From Nibricoccus sp. (GTDB taxonomy: Bacteria; Verrucomicrobiota; Verrucomicrobiia; Opitutales; Opitutaceae), in the NCBI GenBank assembly GCA_047602425.1, contig JASGHG010000001.1:3072001-3136000 (forward strand): a stretch of 64,000 nucleotides of DNA, read 5' to 3'. Numbering within the stretch: position 1 is the first letter of the stretch; every line of letters starts with the position of its first letter. This document shows, piece after piece, positions 1 to 10,509 of this stretch. The notes beneath the pieces are model-generated. The model was not told the origin of the DNA. It made no database searches and saw only the letters and a program-made list of their open reading frames with translations. Position numbers and translations under genes: made by a program.

Positions 1-594
1 ACACTCACGGTCCTTGGGCGGAGCAGGGAAGGGATTCCGCATCTCCAGCGTGCGCTCGCACTCAAGCCTCAATATATCCAAGCCTATAATAACCTCGGTC
101 ACGCTTATGTCATGACCGGTGATTTGGACGCTGCGATAAAAACCTTTCGCGAGGCCCTGCGACGTGAGCCGAAGGAGGCCGGCACTTATTTCAACCTCGG
201 GCTCGCGCTTGCACAGAGCGATAGAACCTGCGAAGCAATCCCAGAATTCGAGCGCGCGGTGAAACTCAGGCCCGACTATGCAGATGCGGAACTCAACTGG
301 GGTATTGGACTAATGCTCACCGGTTCTTTCCCCGCAGCGGTCCCTCACTTCGAACGGGCAATCGAACTCGACCCTGATTCCGCACGCTATCATGCGCTTT
401 ATGCGCGGGCACTCGCCGGGGCATCGCGTTGGCGCGATGCGGAATATCATTATAGTCAATCGCTGGAAATCGATCCCGCCCAAGCCGACGTTCATCTCGG
501 CCTTGCGGGTGTATTGCGGCAGCTTGGCCGCTCTGAAGAGGCGGCACTTCATTACCAAGAGGCCGGGCGCCTTCAGCAAGCTACGATACGCTAA
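1..594 (+). CDS. TPR-repeat protein, C-terminal part (5' end lies outside the window)
   Basis: Frame is open from base 1. Repeated TPR consensus (AYNNLG, YFNLGLAL, AELNWG, VHLGLAGVL). Confidence 0.85.
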   Translation, partial: TLTVLGRSREGIPHLQRALALKPQYIQAYNNLGHAYVMTGDLDAAIKTFREALRREPKEAGTYFNLGLALAQSDRTCEAIPEFERAVKLRPDYADAELNWGIGLMLTGSFPAAVPHFERAIELDPDSARYHALYARALAGASRWRDAEYHYSQSLEIDPAQADVHLGLAGVLRQLGRSEEAALHYQEAGRLQQATIR

Positions 595-863
595 ACTCGC
601 CACGGGGAAGTTGGAGGCTCAAAGGGATTGCTCAACGATATGAGCATCGTGACGGTTGAAACTATCCGGAGAAAGTTTTCCTCTTATTGGGACAACCAAC
701 TCATATCTGCCATTCTCGCGCGTACTTTTTGAGTGCCCGGGTTTGTCAGTTCCCCAGACACCCTAACCCAGCAGGTCAGTGTTGAGCAGCCGCATTGTTA
801 CCGGGCTCGCCTTCATTGATTCAACATAAGCCGGTTCCCCAGCGCCGTGCCTATAGATTAACT

Positions 864-3800
864 ATGAAAAAATACTCCCATCTCAGGCGGATCATTTTAT
901 TATTGGCCGCCTCGACAGTGACGTTGCCGTTGATTCCGTCATCTTTCGGTCAAACGGCTTCTGAATCGGCAGCCGCAACTCCGGCACCGGCCACGCCGGC
1001 TGCAAAACCTGAGCGTGAAAAGAAAATTCCCGTCGAAACCGTCAAAGCTGAGGACAAAGCAGAGGCTGTCGCTGATGACGAAACGATCGTGATGTCACCT
1101 TTCGAAGTGACGGCAAGCACGCGAGGATATTTTGCGTCGAACAGCATGTCGGGCACCCGTTTCAACTCGAAAGTTGAAGATCTGGCCTCGTCGTTGACGA
1201 TCATGACGAAGGAGCAAATGGATGATTTCGGTATGCTGGATATCAACGACGTCCTGCATTTCACCGCCGGCGCCGAAGGCACTTCGACCTATACAGATTT
1301 TAATATAGATCGTAACGGCCAGTTGAACGACAACGTTCAGCTAGATCCAAAAAACGCGAATCGCATTCGTGGTATCCTTGCTGCCAATCAGTCTTATGGC
1401 AATTTCGAGGTCAGCCGTCTTCAGGTGGATCGCATCATGACGGATGGCATCGAGATTGGCCGCGGTCCCAACGCCAACGTCTTCGGCCTTGGTTTCGCCG
1501 CCGGTACGGTCAACCAGGTTCCTGCCGCCGCAAACCTTATGCGCAACAAGACGCGCATCGATTTTCGTGTGGATAGCTATGACGGCTATCGTTCGTCATT
1601 TGATGTCAACCAAGTGCTCAAGCGAGGCGTATTGGCGCTCCGTGTGAACGGCGCTTTCCAACACGAGGGATTCGTACGCAAGCCATCCGGCATGGATACG
1701 ACGCGTTTCAATATGTATGTGAAATACCAGCCGTTCAAAAATACGACGATTAGCGCTTCGCAATTGAGATTTCGTACAAACGGCACTCGCCCGAATTTCA
1801 CCCCGCCCCGTGATTATATTACCGACTGGGTAAACGCGGGCAAACCGACGTGGGATCCCGTTGCAATGGTAGTGCACCGCAATGGTGAAACGATTGACCG
1901 CTTTGGAGTGGTTAGCCCCAGTAGGACGCAACCGCTCAGTCCAATCACGGCCGACACTCAATTCCCCACCGATGTACCTTTCGCTCGCGCCAACAATTCT
2001 CGCAACAACGTTACTGTCGACCGGCAGGGAATTACCTATTGGACGATGCCCGGCGCCAGCAATCCGCTTCCGGCCTCAGCCAATCAGTTTATTCCCTCAC
2101 CGCTGTTTGCCGGACAAAACGTCCGCACGATGCAGACCAATTTCTTGGGCGGCACAAACGGCAGGTTTGGCAACCAGCCTCTCTTTTCGTCGGCTCCATC
2201 GGTGGGTGACCACAGTTACTACGATTGGGGTTCCATAAATCTTTCGGCCACTAACAGTGAGTGGGAAAATACCGATGCTTATTTGGTCCAGCTCGATCAG
2301 ATTGTATTGAACACACCTCGGCAGACTCTCTTTGTGCAAGGTTCGTTCTTCCGTGAGAACTCCATGCAATACAAGCGCCAGCCACTGGGTAACTCCGGCG
2401 TTTCTGGTGTCACGGGCCAGCTCTTTGTCGACATCAACGAGAAGCGTCTCGATGGTTCACCCAATCCGAATCTCGGTCGCCCCTATATTGCGGCCGGTGA
2501 ATTCACCACCCGCTATAGTCCCTTGGATTGGGACACTTTCCGCGCGCAATTCGCATACAAGCTGGATCTCCGAAACGAGAAAGGCTGGCTCAAGTGGCTG
2601 GGTATGCATCAGTTCACTGGTTATGACGAATATAAATACCGCATCAACCGCCAGTGGGCCTATCGCGAGACGATCACCTCGGATCATTCGTGGACCGGTG
2701 CGCAGACGATGCTCGCCCAAAATGGTATCGCCCGCGCCAATCAAAGCGGTGTGCCAGGTGGCGCTTCCGCCGGCCCGAATCTCATTCGCAGTTACTATAT
2801 GCACTATATTGGTGATGCCGGCGACCAGCAAATTGACTATGCGCCTACTCCAATCGCCCATGGGCAATATCCATTGGTTTGGGGCGGTTACCGCACTGTC
2901 TATACTGCGACGAGTATTCCCGGTAATCCGAATATGGCGGGCGCCGTGGATCCCACCACCGGTACATTCTTCACCGATATGGCCACCCTCGGTTTCTTGC
3001 CGACCACCGATCAGACGGGCGGTACTAACAACCTGAAGCAGATCATTAAAACACCAGGCTTTGTTGTTCAGAGTCATTTTCTTGACAGCAAAATCGTGAC
3101 AACTTTTGGCATGCGTCAGGATCGCGTCTATTCGAAGAACGGCCCCAGCAAAGCGACGCCGCAAACTCCAATCGGCGGTGCGAATCTTCTGAATGACTAC
3201 ACTGTCCACGATTGGACTTACAACAACCACTGGGAGTACGGCGACTACCGCTACAATATCGGCAAAACCAAGACCGCCGGTCTAGTGGTTCGGCCGTTCC
3301 GCGATCTGGGTTTTGTTAACAGGAGTGCAAACGCCCGCGGTATGTTTAGTTGGATCGCCGACGGTTTGCGTGGTCTTTCGCTCACCTATAATGTTTCTGA
3401 CAATTTTTATCCTCAAGCCCCTGCAGTCGACTTGTTTCGCCGTCAGTTGCCGAACGTTACAGGCGAAGGCAAGGATTATGGCTTCTGGATGACTTTTGCG
3501 GACAACAAACTCGTTGTACGCTTCAACCACTATATCACGAAGCAGCTCAATATTCGTAACGGTGAAGCCAATACCATCGCGCAACGCGTCCTGCGTCTGG
3601 ACCTCGACGTTTCTGGTGACGCTTTTCAACTCACAGATCGGGCTTTGGCGTGGCACAGGACTAATTTCCTGTTGGCCAATCCCACCCGGACACTTGCATC
3701 GATCACCCCAGCGGAGAACGCACAATTCTTCGCCGCAGCCCTAGCGCAGATGCAAATGCCATTGGATGAGTATGTAACTCTCGACACTGCATTTAGAGGT

Positions 3801-4574
3801 TCAGGCACACTCGCGGCGACCAACGATTTTATCTCCCGGGGTAACGAACTGGAAATTAATTATAACCCGACGCGTAACTGGCGTTTGTCGGCTTCAGTAA
3901 CAGAGACGAAATCATTTACAACCAACGTATCCAATACGATTCAGGAATGGATCGACAAACGTCTGCCGGTGTGGACTTCGATCGTGGATCTCAACCAGAC
4001 TTCGAATACGATCAATACAGGTGCTGATGCATATTGGGCGCCTGACGCTGCCAATCCAAATCACCTTTGGTGGTTGCATAAGTACAACAACGGACAATCG
4101 CCATTTGAGAATTACACCTCGAACGTGGCGGCGCCGTACAAAGTCATCAAGCAACAGGAAGGTAAGTCCAAGCCGAGTGTACGCCGCTACAACGTGAAAA
4201 TGGCCACCAGTCTCGATCTGGCTGCTTTCTCTGATAACCGTGTCATCAAAAAAATCCGCGTTGGTATGTCTGGAAACTGGATGGATAAGGGCGCCATCGG
4301 TTACTATGGCAAACAACAGTTGCCGGCAATCGTCACCGAGTTGGATGCGGACAGACCGATCTACGACAAGACGCGGCTCTACATTGGTGCGTTCGTGGCC
4401 TACAAAACCAAACTCTACCGGGATAAAGTTGCAGCGAACTTCCAGTTCAACGTCGAGAATCTCGGCGAGAATGGACGGTTGCAGCCCATCGGCGCCTTCC
4501 CCGACGGAACGCCCAACGCCTATCGCATCGTCGATCCGCAGAAGTTTATTTTGAGCATGTCGTTTGAATTATAA
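864..4574 (+). CDS. TonB-dependent outer membrane receptor
   Basis: Signal peptide from ATG 864, TonB-box-like DETIVMSPFEV, plug motifs (GTRFNSKV, RIRG, IEIGRGPNANVFGLG), C-terminal beta strand LSMSFEL. Confidence 0.88.
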   Translation: MKKYSHLRRIILLLAASTVTLPLIPSSFGQTASESAAATPAPATPAAKPEREKKIPVETVKAEDKAEAVADDETIVMSPFEVTASTRGYFASNSMSGTRFNSKVEDLASSLTIMTKEQMDDFGMLDINDVLHFTAGAEGTSTYTDFNIDRNGQLNDNVQLDPKNANRIRGILAANQSYGNFEVSRLQVDRIMTDGIEIGRGPNANVFGLGFAAGTVNQVPAAANLMRNKTRIDFRVDSYDGYRSSFDVNQVLKRGVLALRVNGAFQHEGFVRKPSGMDTTRFNMYVKYQPFKNTTISASQLRFRTNGTRPNFTPPRDYITDWVNAGKPTWDPVAMVVHRNGETIDRFGVVSPSRTQPLSPITADTQFPTDVPFARANNSRNNVTVDRQGITYWTMPGASNPLPASANQFIPSPLFAGQNVRTMQTNFLGGTNGRFGNQPLFSSAPSVGDHSYYDWGSINLSATNSEWENTDAYLVQLDQIVLNTPRQTLFVQGSFFRENSMQYKRQPLGNSGVSGVTGQLFVDINEKRLDGSPNPNLGRPYIAAGEFTTRYSPLDWDTFRAQFAYKLDLRNEKGWLKWLGMHQFTGYDEYKYRINRQWAYRETITSDHSWTGAQTMLAQNGIARANQSGVPGGASAGPNLIRSYYMHYIGDAGDQQIDYAPTPIAHGQYPLVWGGYRTVYTATSIPGNPNMAGAVDPTTGTFFTDMATLGFLPTTDQTGGTNNLKQIIKTPGFVVQSHFLDSKIVTTFGMRQDRVYSKNGPSKATPQTPIGGANLLNDYTVHDWTYNNHWEYGDYRYNIGKTKTAGLVVRPFRDLGFVNRSANARGMFSWIADGLRGLSLTYNVSDNFYPQAPAVDLFRRQLPNVTGEGKDYGFWMTFADNKLVVRFNHYITKQLNIRNGEANTIAQRVLRLDLDVSGDAFQLTDRALAWHRTNFLLANPTRTLASITPAENAQFFAAALAQMQMPLDEYVTLDTAFRGSGTLAATNDFISRGNELEINYNPTRNWRLSASVTETKSFTTNVSNTIQEWIDKRLPVWTSIVDLNQTSNTINTGADAYWAPDAANPNHLWWLHKYNNGQSPFENYTSNVAAPYKVIKQQEGKSKPSVRRYNVKMATSLDLAAFSDNRVIKKIRVGMSGNWMDKGAIGYYGKQQLPAIVTELDADRPIYDKTRLYIGAFVAYKTKLYRDKVAANFQFNVENLGENGRLQPIGAFPDGTPNAYRIVDPQKFILSMSFEL

Positions 4575-4609
4575 CGCAGCGCGCACGACTTATCACTCGT
4601 TTCTCATCG

Positions 4610-4635
4610 GGCGGCCCTTTCAGGGCCGCCTTTTT
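4610..4635 (+). terminator. Rho-independent terminator after the TonB-dependent receptor
   Basis: GGCGGCCCT-ttc-AGGGCCGCC followed by TTTTT. Confidence 0.85.
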
Positions 4636-4722
4636 CTTGCTGCGCCCTCGGTCGAAGGCGTAGCCACAACGCTGCACTTGCGATTTGACAAAATCCTGCA
4701 ACCGGAGGCCATTGGCGCACGC

Positions 4723-6795
4723 ATGTCGTTGAATCCTTTTCTCGATCCCGCTTTTGAAATTCGTTGGTCGCAGCTCACGCCCGACAAAATCGTACCTGCG
4801 ATCGAACAGGCTCTCGCCAGCGCCCAAGCCGCAATAGATGCGATCGCCGCACAGGAGCTGGCGACGGTTTCCTACGAGAAAACCTTTCTTGCGCTTGAAC
4901 GGGCGACCGAGCAACTCGGTCTCGCTTGGGGCAAGGTCACGCACCTCCAGTCTGTGGCCGATTCGCCGGCTTTGCGCGAAGCCCACAACGCGCTTCTGCC
5001 CAAAGTCTCCGCCTTCTATGCGGCCATCCCGCTCAACGGACCGCTTTGGACACGGTTGAAAGCTTTCGCAACCACTCCGGACGCCCAAAAACTGACGGGT
5101 GTCCACAAACGTTTCTTCGAGGAGACGATGCTCGATTTTCGCCAATCGGGCGCCGATTTGTCCGAGGAAAAGCAGGCGCGTCTGCAGGCGTTGCAGAGTG
5201 AACTTGCTCAAGTCACCGATAAATATTCGGAGCACGTTCTCGATGCGACGAACGCGTGGCAGCTTCTTGTTGAGGATGAAGCGCGTCTCGCCGGCCTGCC
5301 TGAGCATGCGAAAGCCGCCGCACGTCGCAGCGCGGAATCGAAGCAACTTGGCTCGCCCGAAAACCCCGTCTGGCGTTTCACCCTGCACATGCCGTCGCAG
5401 GAACCCTTCATGACGTATCTCGACGACGAGGCGTTGCGGCGGGAAATGTGGCAGGCCGCGATTTCGGTCGGTGCGAAAGCCCCGCATGACAACACGCCGC
5501 TCGTTCCGCGCATTCTTGCCTTGCGCGCGGAAAAAGCCGCGCTGCTCGGACGTCCGCATTTTGCGGATCTCACGTTGGAGCGCCGCATGGCCAAATCGGG
5601 TGCGCGGGCGACGGAGTTTCTCGACGACTTGCAAAAACGCGCGGCGAAGGCCTTCGCCAAAGAGTGCCGCGAACTGGAGGAGTTCAAAGCGCAGCAAACC
5701 GGAAAGCCGGTCGCGCCGCTTGCGCCGTGGGAGCTCGGCTATTGGTCGGAAAAACTTCGCAAGGCACGCTACGATTTCGACGAGGAGCAACTGCGTCCGT
5801 ATTTCCCGATGAACCGCGTTATTGGCGGTTTATTTGAGTTGGCGAAACGCGTTTTCGGATTGGAGATAGTGGCTCGTTCGCCGGGCGCGGTCGAAGTCTG
5901 GCATCCCGAGGTGAAATTTTACGACCTGTACGACCAGAACCGCCGGCATCTCGGTTCTTTTTACTCCGACTGGCATCCGCGCGAGTCCAAACGCGGTGGC
6001 GCCTGGATGAACTATCTCATCACGGGCGGCCCGCAGCCGGACGGTTCGCGCAAGCCGCATCTGGGTCTTATCTGCGGCAACATGACGCCGCCCGCCGGGG
6101 AGAAACCGGCTTTGCTAACCCATCGCGAGGTGGAAACGATTTTCCACGAGTTCGGTCATTTGTTGCACCACCTGCTGGGCGAAGTGGAAATCAAATCGCT
6201 GAACGGCGTGAACGTCGCATGGGATTTTGTCGAACTGCCTTCCCAGATCATGGAAAATTGGTGTTGGGAGCGCGAGAGCCTGGATCTCTTCGCACGTCAC
6301 AGCGAAAACGATACGCTGATTTCCGAGGAGATTTTCAAAAAAATGATCGCGGCGAAAAACTTTCGTTCAGCCTGTGCGACGATGCGGCAGCTAGCGTTTG
6401 CGAAGATGGATCTCGCGTTGCATATGCGTACGGCGGAGTTTTCCGGCGAGGCCGATGTGGAACAAAAAGTTCGGGCTCTCATCGCCGATTGCCTCGTACC
6501 GACCCAGCCGCCGTCGCCAACAATCGTCAAGCGTTTCAACCATATCTTTTCGGATCCCGTCGGCTATGCGGCGGGATATTATTCTTACAAATGGGCGGAA
6601 GTGCTCGATGCGGATGCTTTCACGCGATTTAAACGCGAAGGCATTTTCAACGCGAAAACGGGGGCAGAATTTGTCATCCAGATTCTGAGCCGCGGTAATT
6701 CGGCCGATCCGGCCGACCTTTATCGCGCATTCATGGGCCGCGAGCCGGACCTCAACGCGCTGCTTGAGCGGAGTGGCCTTGCGACGGGAAGTTAG
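4723..6795 (+). CDS. prlC: M3 family metallopeptidase (oligopeptidase A)
   Basis: HEFGH zinc motif, KRGGAWM, WDFVELPSQIMENW, YAAGYYSYKWAEVL. Start placed at ATG 4723 (MSLNPFL), downstream of the terminator. Confidence 0.9.
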   Translation: MSLNPFLDPAFEIRWSQLTPDKIVPAIEQALASAQAAIDAIAAQELATVSYEKTFLALERATEQLGLAWGKVTHLQSVADSPALREAHNALLPKVSAFYAAIPLNGPLWTRLKAFATTPDAQKLTGVHKRFFEETMLDFRQSGADLSEEKQARLQALQSELAQVTDKYSEHVLDATNAWQLLVEDEARLAGLPEHAKAAARRSAESKQLGSPENPVWRFTLHMPSQEPFMTYLDDEALRREMWQAAISVGAKAPHDNTPLVPRILALRAEKAALLGRPHFADLTLERRMAKSGARATEFLDDLQKRAAKAFAKECRELEEFKAQQTGKPVAPLAPWELGYWSEKLRKARYDFDEEQLRPYFPMNRVIGGLFELAKRVFGLEIVARSPGAVEVWHPEVKFYDLYDQNRRHLGSFYSDWHPRESKRGGAWMNYLITGGPQPDGSRKPHLGLICGNMTPPAGEKPALLTHREVETIFHEFGHLLHHLLGEVEIKSLNGVNVAWDFVELPSQIMENWCWERESLDLFARHSENDTLISEEIFKKMIAAKNFRSACATMRQLAFAKMDLALHMRTAEFSGEADVEQKVRALIADCLVPTQPPSPTIVKRFNHIFSDPVGYAAGYYSYKWAEVLDADAFTRFKREGIFNAKTGAEFVIQILSRGNSADPADLYRAFMGREPDLNALLERSGLATGS

Positions 6796-6846
6796 GCGAT
6801 ATCGGCGGGCCACCGGGGCGAGATTTTGCTGTCAAAGTATTCTCTC

Positions 6847-9800
6847 ATGCGCCGGCTGCTTAAAATTCTAGGGTGGGTGATCGCGGGCCTTCTTCTGTTG
6901 GCCGTGACGCTGCCCTTTTGGCTGGGCGGTTTGCTGACAATTGCGCGAGGACCGCTGGGATTATCTTACGGGCGCTATGAACGAATCGATTACTCGCGGT
7001 TTGTCCTCCGTGATGTTCGTTATCAAAAAGATAATGTGAGCGTGACTGCGGACCGCATCGAAGTGGCGACGCCGCTGTTGTATCTTTGGCGACACTACCG
7101 CGGCGGGCAGTCGTCTGTGATCGTGAACGATTGGCGAGTTGCGGTGGAAAGTTCGTCGTCGCCGCAAGAACCGTCCGATCCGGACGCGGGCTGGATGGAT
7201 CTGCGAAAGCTGTTGCTGAAGATCATGGACGCTGTGCATCGCTGGTTGCCTGAAGCGCAGTTCAAAAACGGGGAAGTTACCTTTCCCGGCGGACGCATCG
7301 GCGTGGGGACCGGCGATTGGCGTGTGCACGTACTCCAAGTGGATGACCTTGTCTGGCGCGGACTTTCCTGCCGCGGGACCGCTGGATTTTTTTCCGCTGA
7401 TGGGTTGATTCGCTTGCAACTTGCGGATGCAAAAAACGCTCTGCAAGTGGACCTCGAAAGTCGCGGATCGAATGTGACTGGAGTTGCCCATTGGGCGGAG
7501 CAGAAGGTTAGTATTTCGTCGCGCTTTGCCGAACGCGGATGGTTGCCGCAAGAAGCCCGGGCGGTGGCTGAAAACTGGACGGTCGACGGGGCAAAATTGG
7601 GCCTCGGTACGGTCTACACGGCGGTCCGCGGCGGCGGCCGGATCGAGTGGCGCAAAGAGCATTTTTCGGTCGATTTGACCGCCAAAGCCGAACCGCTGGT
7701 CGGAGATAAGATTCCGCCCCTGGAGCTTACCGCGCGCGGTGAAGGAAATTTGGATACGCTGACGCTTGAGGCCTTGCACGCGTCCATTCCCGGATTTCAG
7801 GCCGACTTGAGCGAGCCCGTGCGGGTGAGCCGTGACGGGGAACTGCTTTCCGGACCTTCTCGTTTCAACTTGGAGGCCGATTTGGGTCAGCAGCCCTGGC
7901 TTGCCGCTGCAGGGCGGATAAAGGGCGAAGCCAAGATTGAAGCCGGTCGCGAGTTCAAGCCGCGAGTTGCCATGCAATTTTCCGCCAAGGACCTCAAAAT
8001 CAGCCAATGGGCTGTGCCCCAGTTGGAGATAGGAGGAGTTTTGGAATGGCCACTGTTCAAAATCGACAAGGCGAGCATCAATCTCGGAGGCGACCAAACC
8101 ATTCAATTGAGCGGGGGCACGAATCTGGAGACCCGCGAACTGACCGAATCCATCCTCGAAGCGCGCGTGAACGGAACAACCGTGGCGACGTGGTGGCCAC
8201 GCGTGCCCATTTTTTCCGATGCAAAGGTGAAAGCAAAATTCAAAGGGCCGTGGTTGCGACTCGGGCACGAGGGCAGTGCGCAAATTGTCGGCCTCAATCA
8301 ACCGCCATTGAGGCCCTTGGCAATGAAGCTTGATTGGAAAGGCGCGGGCGATGCGATCGATCGACTTGAAATTGTGGCGGCGGGCGGCGAAGCGACTTTT
8401 TCGCTGAGCGGAGCCGTTGACCGGACTGGCGCCAGGATCGAAGAACTGCGTATTCAGAAAACGGAGACGACGTGGCTGGCCTTGGAAAAGCCGGCTCGCT
8501 TCGAGTGGCTGCCGGTGTTGCGTTGCGAGCCCCTGATTTTGGCCGGCGACGCAGGGCGGGTCGAACTGGCTGCGCGGGTTGGCGTCGAAGGCGAAGGAAA
8601 ACTGCGGGTGGATGATTTTTCCACAAAATGGTTGCGCGACTGGCTCGTCTGGCACGGCCCTGATTGGCGGGTTCCTTTGGTTGATTTTGTCGGTCGTTGG
8701 AATAACGGGCCGATGGAATTTTCCCTGTCGGCAAGAGCCGACACCGATCTGGCGGGGCAAAAGCCCGTCGAACTTCAGCTGAAAGCCCTTGGCGACCGGA
8801 ACGGCGTAAAAATCGAGACATTGCACGCCTTCGAGGGAAAACAAGAAGCGATTGTTGCGAGCGGAGCGGTGCCGTTGATCGTGACGCCCGCTTCCTCGTC
8901 GCTCTGGAACTTCGATCCAAATGCGCCATTGAATTTTATCGCGGCGACGCAGCCCGATGCGACGTTCTGGACTTATCTGGCGGCGACCACGGGACTCGTG
9001 ATCGAGCGTCCGCTGCTCAACCTTGAACTATCGGGAAACTGGAAATCGCCCCGCGGGAAGATTTTTTTGCGTTTGCCTCGGCTTGAGGCGAACGAAGAGA
9101 GGTTTAAGAGGAAATTGCCAGTCGCGGAAGAGATCGACGGCGTGGCCGAGCTTGATCGCGGGGAAATAGCGCTGAGCAATTTTTCCGCCTTGATTGCCGG
9201 GCAGCAGGTCCGTGTGGAAGGCCGTTTGGCGCTTCCGAAGGGCGGCCTGAGTGCGCTGGTGAATGCTCCATGGAAAAATCTGGTCCGCACCGCGACCGGT
9301 CGCGTGCAAATGAAAGGTGCAGATTTGGCGGCGTTCGCGCCCTACACCTCGGACGTGCTGGCGCCCAAGGGTCGGCTGGATGTCGATATCGCATTGGCCG
9401 GCGGAAAAGCGGACGGATTTATCCGGGTGGAAAACGCGGGCACGCGGCCTCTCGGTCCGCTCGGAGTGCTTCAAGACCTCAATGCGGATATGGCTTTCGT
9501 GGATCGTCGCATGGAAATCCGTTCGTTCCGCGTCAGAATGGCAAACCAGCTGGTGGAGCTAAAAGGTTCGGCGGAACTGGGCGGGGACGGCGTGCCGCGC
9601 TACGACTTTTCGCTCAAGGGCGAGCACCTGCCGTTTGTGCGGCAGGTGGGCTTGTTGTTGCGTGGAGACCTGGACTTGAAATTGACGTCGCTGGACGGCG
9701 GTGTTGGCAAAGTCACAGGCCAGGTGACGATGCGCGAAAGCCTGTTTTCGACCGATGTCCGCGACCTTATGCCGAGAGGTGGAGGCGCCGGAGCCGCGGC

Positions 9801-10509
9801 GCGACCGCCCTTTTTCTCCATCGAAAAGCCGCCCTTCAATGCCTGGCAACTGGATGTCAATTTGAACGGCGATCGGTTTTTACGGTTGCGGACGCCGGTG
9901 TTTAATGGCGTCGCTTCGATGCATTTCCATCTGGGAAACAGTCTGGGGGAACCACGTGCCACCGGCCAGGCCACGATCGACCAGGGCCAGGTTTTGCTTC
10001 CCTTTGCCACTTTTGCCATCCAGCAGGGATCGGTCCAGTTGACGGAGGCGAATCCCTACGAGCCCAAGCTGTTCGTGACGGGAGCGTCGCGACGTTATGG
10101 ATACGATTTGCGCATGGAACTTTCCGGCACGGCATCCACCCCGATCTTGAAGTTTTCCTCAAGCCCGCCGCTCAATTCGGAGCAGGTTTTATTGCTGGTC
10201 ATGGCGGGCGAGACGCCGAATAGCGAGATAACCTACTCCAGCAACCAGAGAGCTGTTCGATTTGGAGCATTTCTCGGCAAGAGTCTTTTCAGCAGCATGA
10301 CCACGGATTCGAACGGCATGGACCGGCTCACCATCAGCGCCGGGGAAAAAATTTCCAGACAGGGTCGGGAGACTTACGAGGTGGAATACTGGCTGGGTGA
10401 ACGCTGGTCGCTGGTCGGGGAGTATGACGAATTCGACGACTATAACGCGGGCCTGAAATGGCGCGCTCTCAGGGACAAGCCGAAGGAGAAAAACGCCGAT
10501 GCCAAATAG
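6847..10509 (+). CDS. tamB: Translocation/assembly module TamB (AsmA-like, DUF490 C-terminus)
   Basis: N-terminal TM anchor, long beta-rich body, C-terminal LSGTASTPILKFSSSPPLNSEQVLLLV typical of DUF490. Overlaps the Omp85 gene. Confidence 0.8.
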   Translation: MRRLLKILGWVIAGLLLLAVTLPFWLGGLLTIARGPLGLSYGRYERIDYSRFVLRDVRYQKDNVSVTADRIEVATPLLYLWRHYRGGQSSVIVNDWRVAVESSSSPQEPSDPDAGWMDLRKLLLKIMDAVHRWLPEAQFKNGEVTFPGGRIGVGTGDWRVHVLQVDDLVWRGLSCRGTAGFFSADGLIRLQLADAKNALQVDLESRGSNVTGVAHWAEQKVSISSRFAERGWLPQEARAVAENWTVDGAKLGLGTVYTAVRGGGRIEWRKEHFSVDLTAKAEPLVGDKIPPLELTARGEGNLDTLTLEALHASIPGFQADLSEPVRVSRDGELLSGPSRFNLEADLGQQPWLAAAGRIKGEAKIEAGREFKPRVAMQFSAKDLKISQWAVPQLEIGGVLEWPLFKIDKASINLGGDQTIQLSGGTNLETRELTESILEARVNGTTVATWWPRVPIFSDAKVKAKFKGPWLRLGHEGSAQIVGLNQPPLRPLAMKLDWKGAGDAIDRLEIVAAGGEATFSLSGAVDRTGARIEELRIQKTETTWLALEKPARFEWLPVLRCEPLILAGDAGRVELAARVGVEGEGKLRVDDFSTKWLRDWLVWHGPDWRVPLVDFVGRWNNGPMEFSLSARADTDLAGQKPVELQLKALGDRNGVKIETLHAFEGKQEAIVASGAVPLIVTPASSSLWNFDPNAPLNFIAATQPDATFWTYLAATTGLVIERPLLNLELSGNWKSPRGKIFLRLPRLEANEERFKRKLPVAEEIDGVAELDRGEIALSNFSALIAGQQVRVEGRLALPKGGLSALVNAPWKNLVRTATGRVQMKGADLAAFAPYTSDVLAPKGRLDVDIALAGGKADGFIRVENAGTRPLGPLGVLQDLNADMAFVDRRMEIRSFRVRMANQLVELKGSAELGGDGVPRYDFSLKGEHLPFVRQVGLLLRGDLDLKLTSLDGGVGKVTGQVTMRESLFSTDVRDLMPRGGGAGAAARPPFFSIEKPPFNAWQLDVNLNGDRFLRLRTPVFNGVASMHFHLGNSLGEPRATGQATIDQGQVLLPFATFAIQQGSVQLTEANPYEPKLFVTGASRRYGYDLRMELSGTASTPILKFSSSPPLNSEQVLLLVMAGETPNSEITYSSNQRAVRFGAFLGKSLFSSMTTDSNGMDRLTISAGEKISRQGRETYEVEYWLGERWSLVGEYDEFDDYNAGLKWRALRDKPKEKNADAK

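Noticed and set aside
4564..4722. N-terminal extension of prlC in the ORF track
   Set aside because: It spans the receptor's terminator. ATG 4723 gives the family-like start.
6961..8844. 627-aa antisense ORF inside tamB
   Set aside because: Shadow ORF with no recognisable features.
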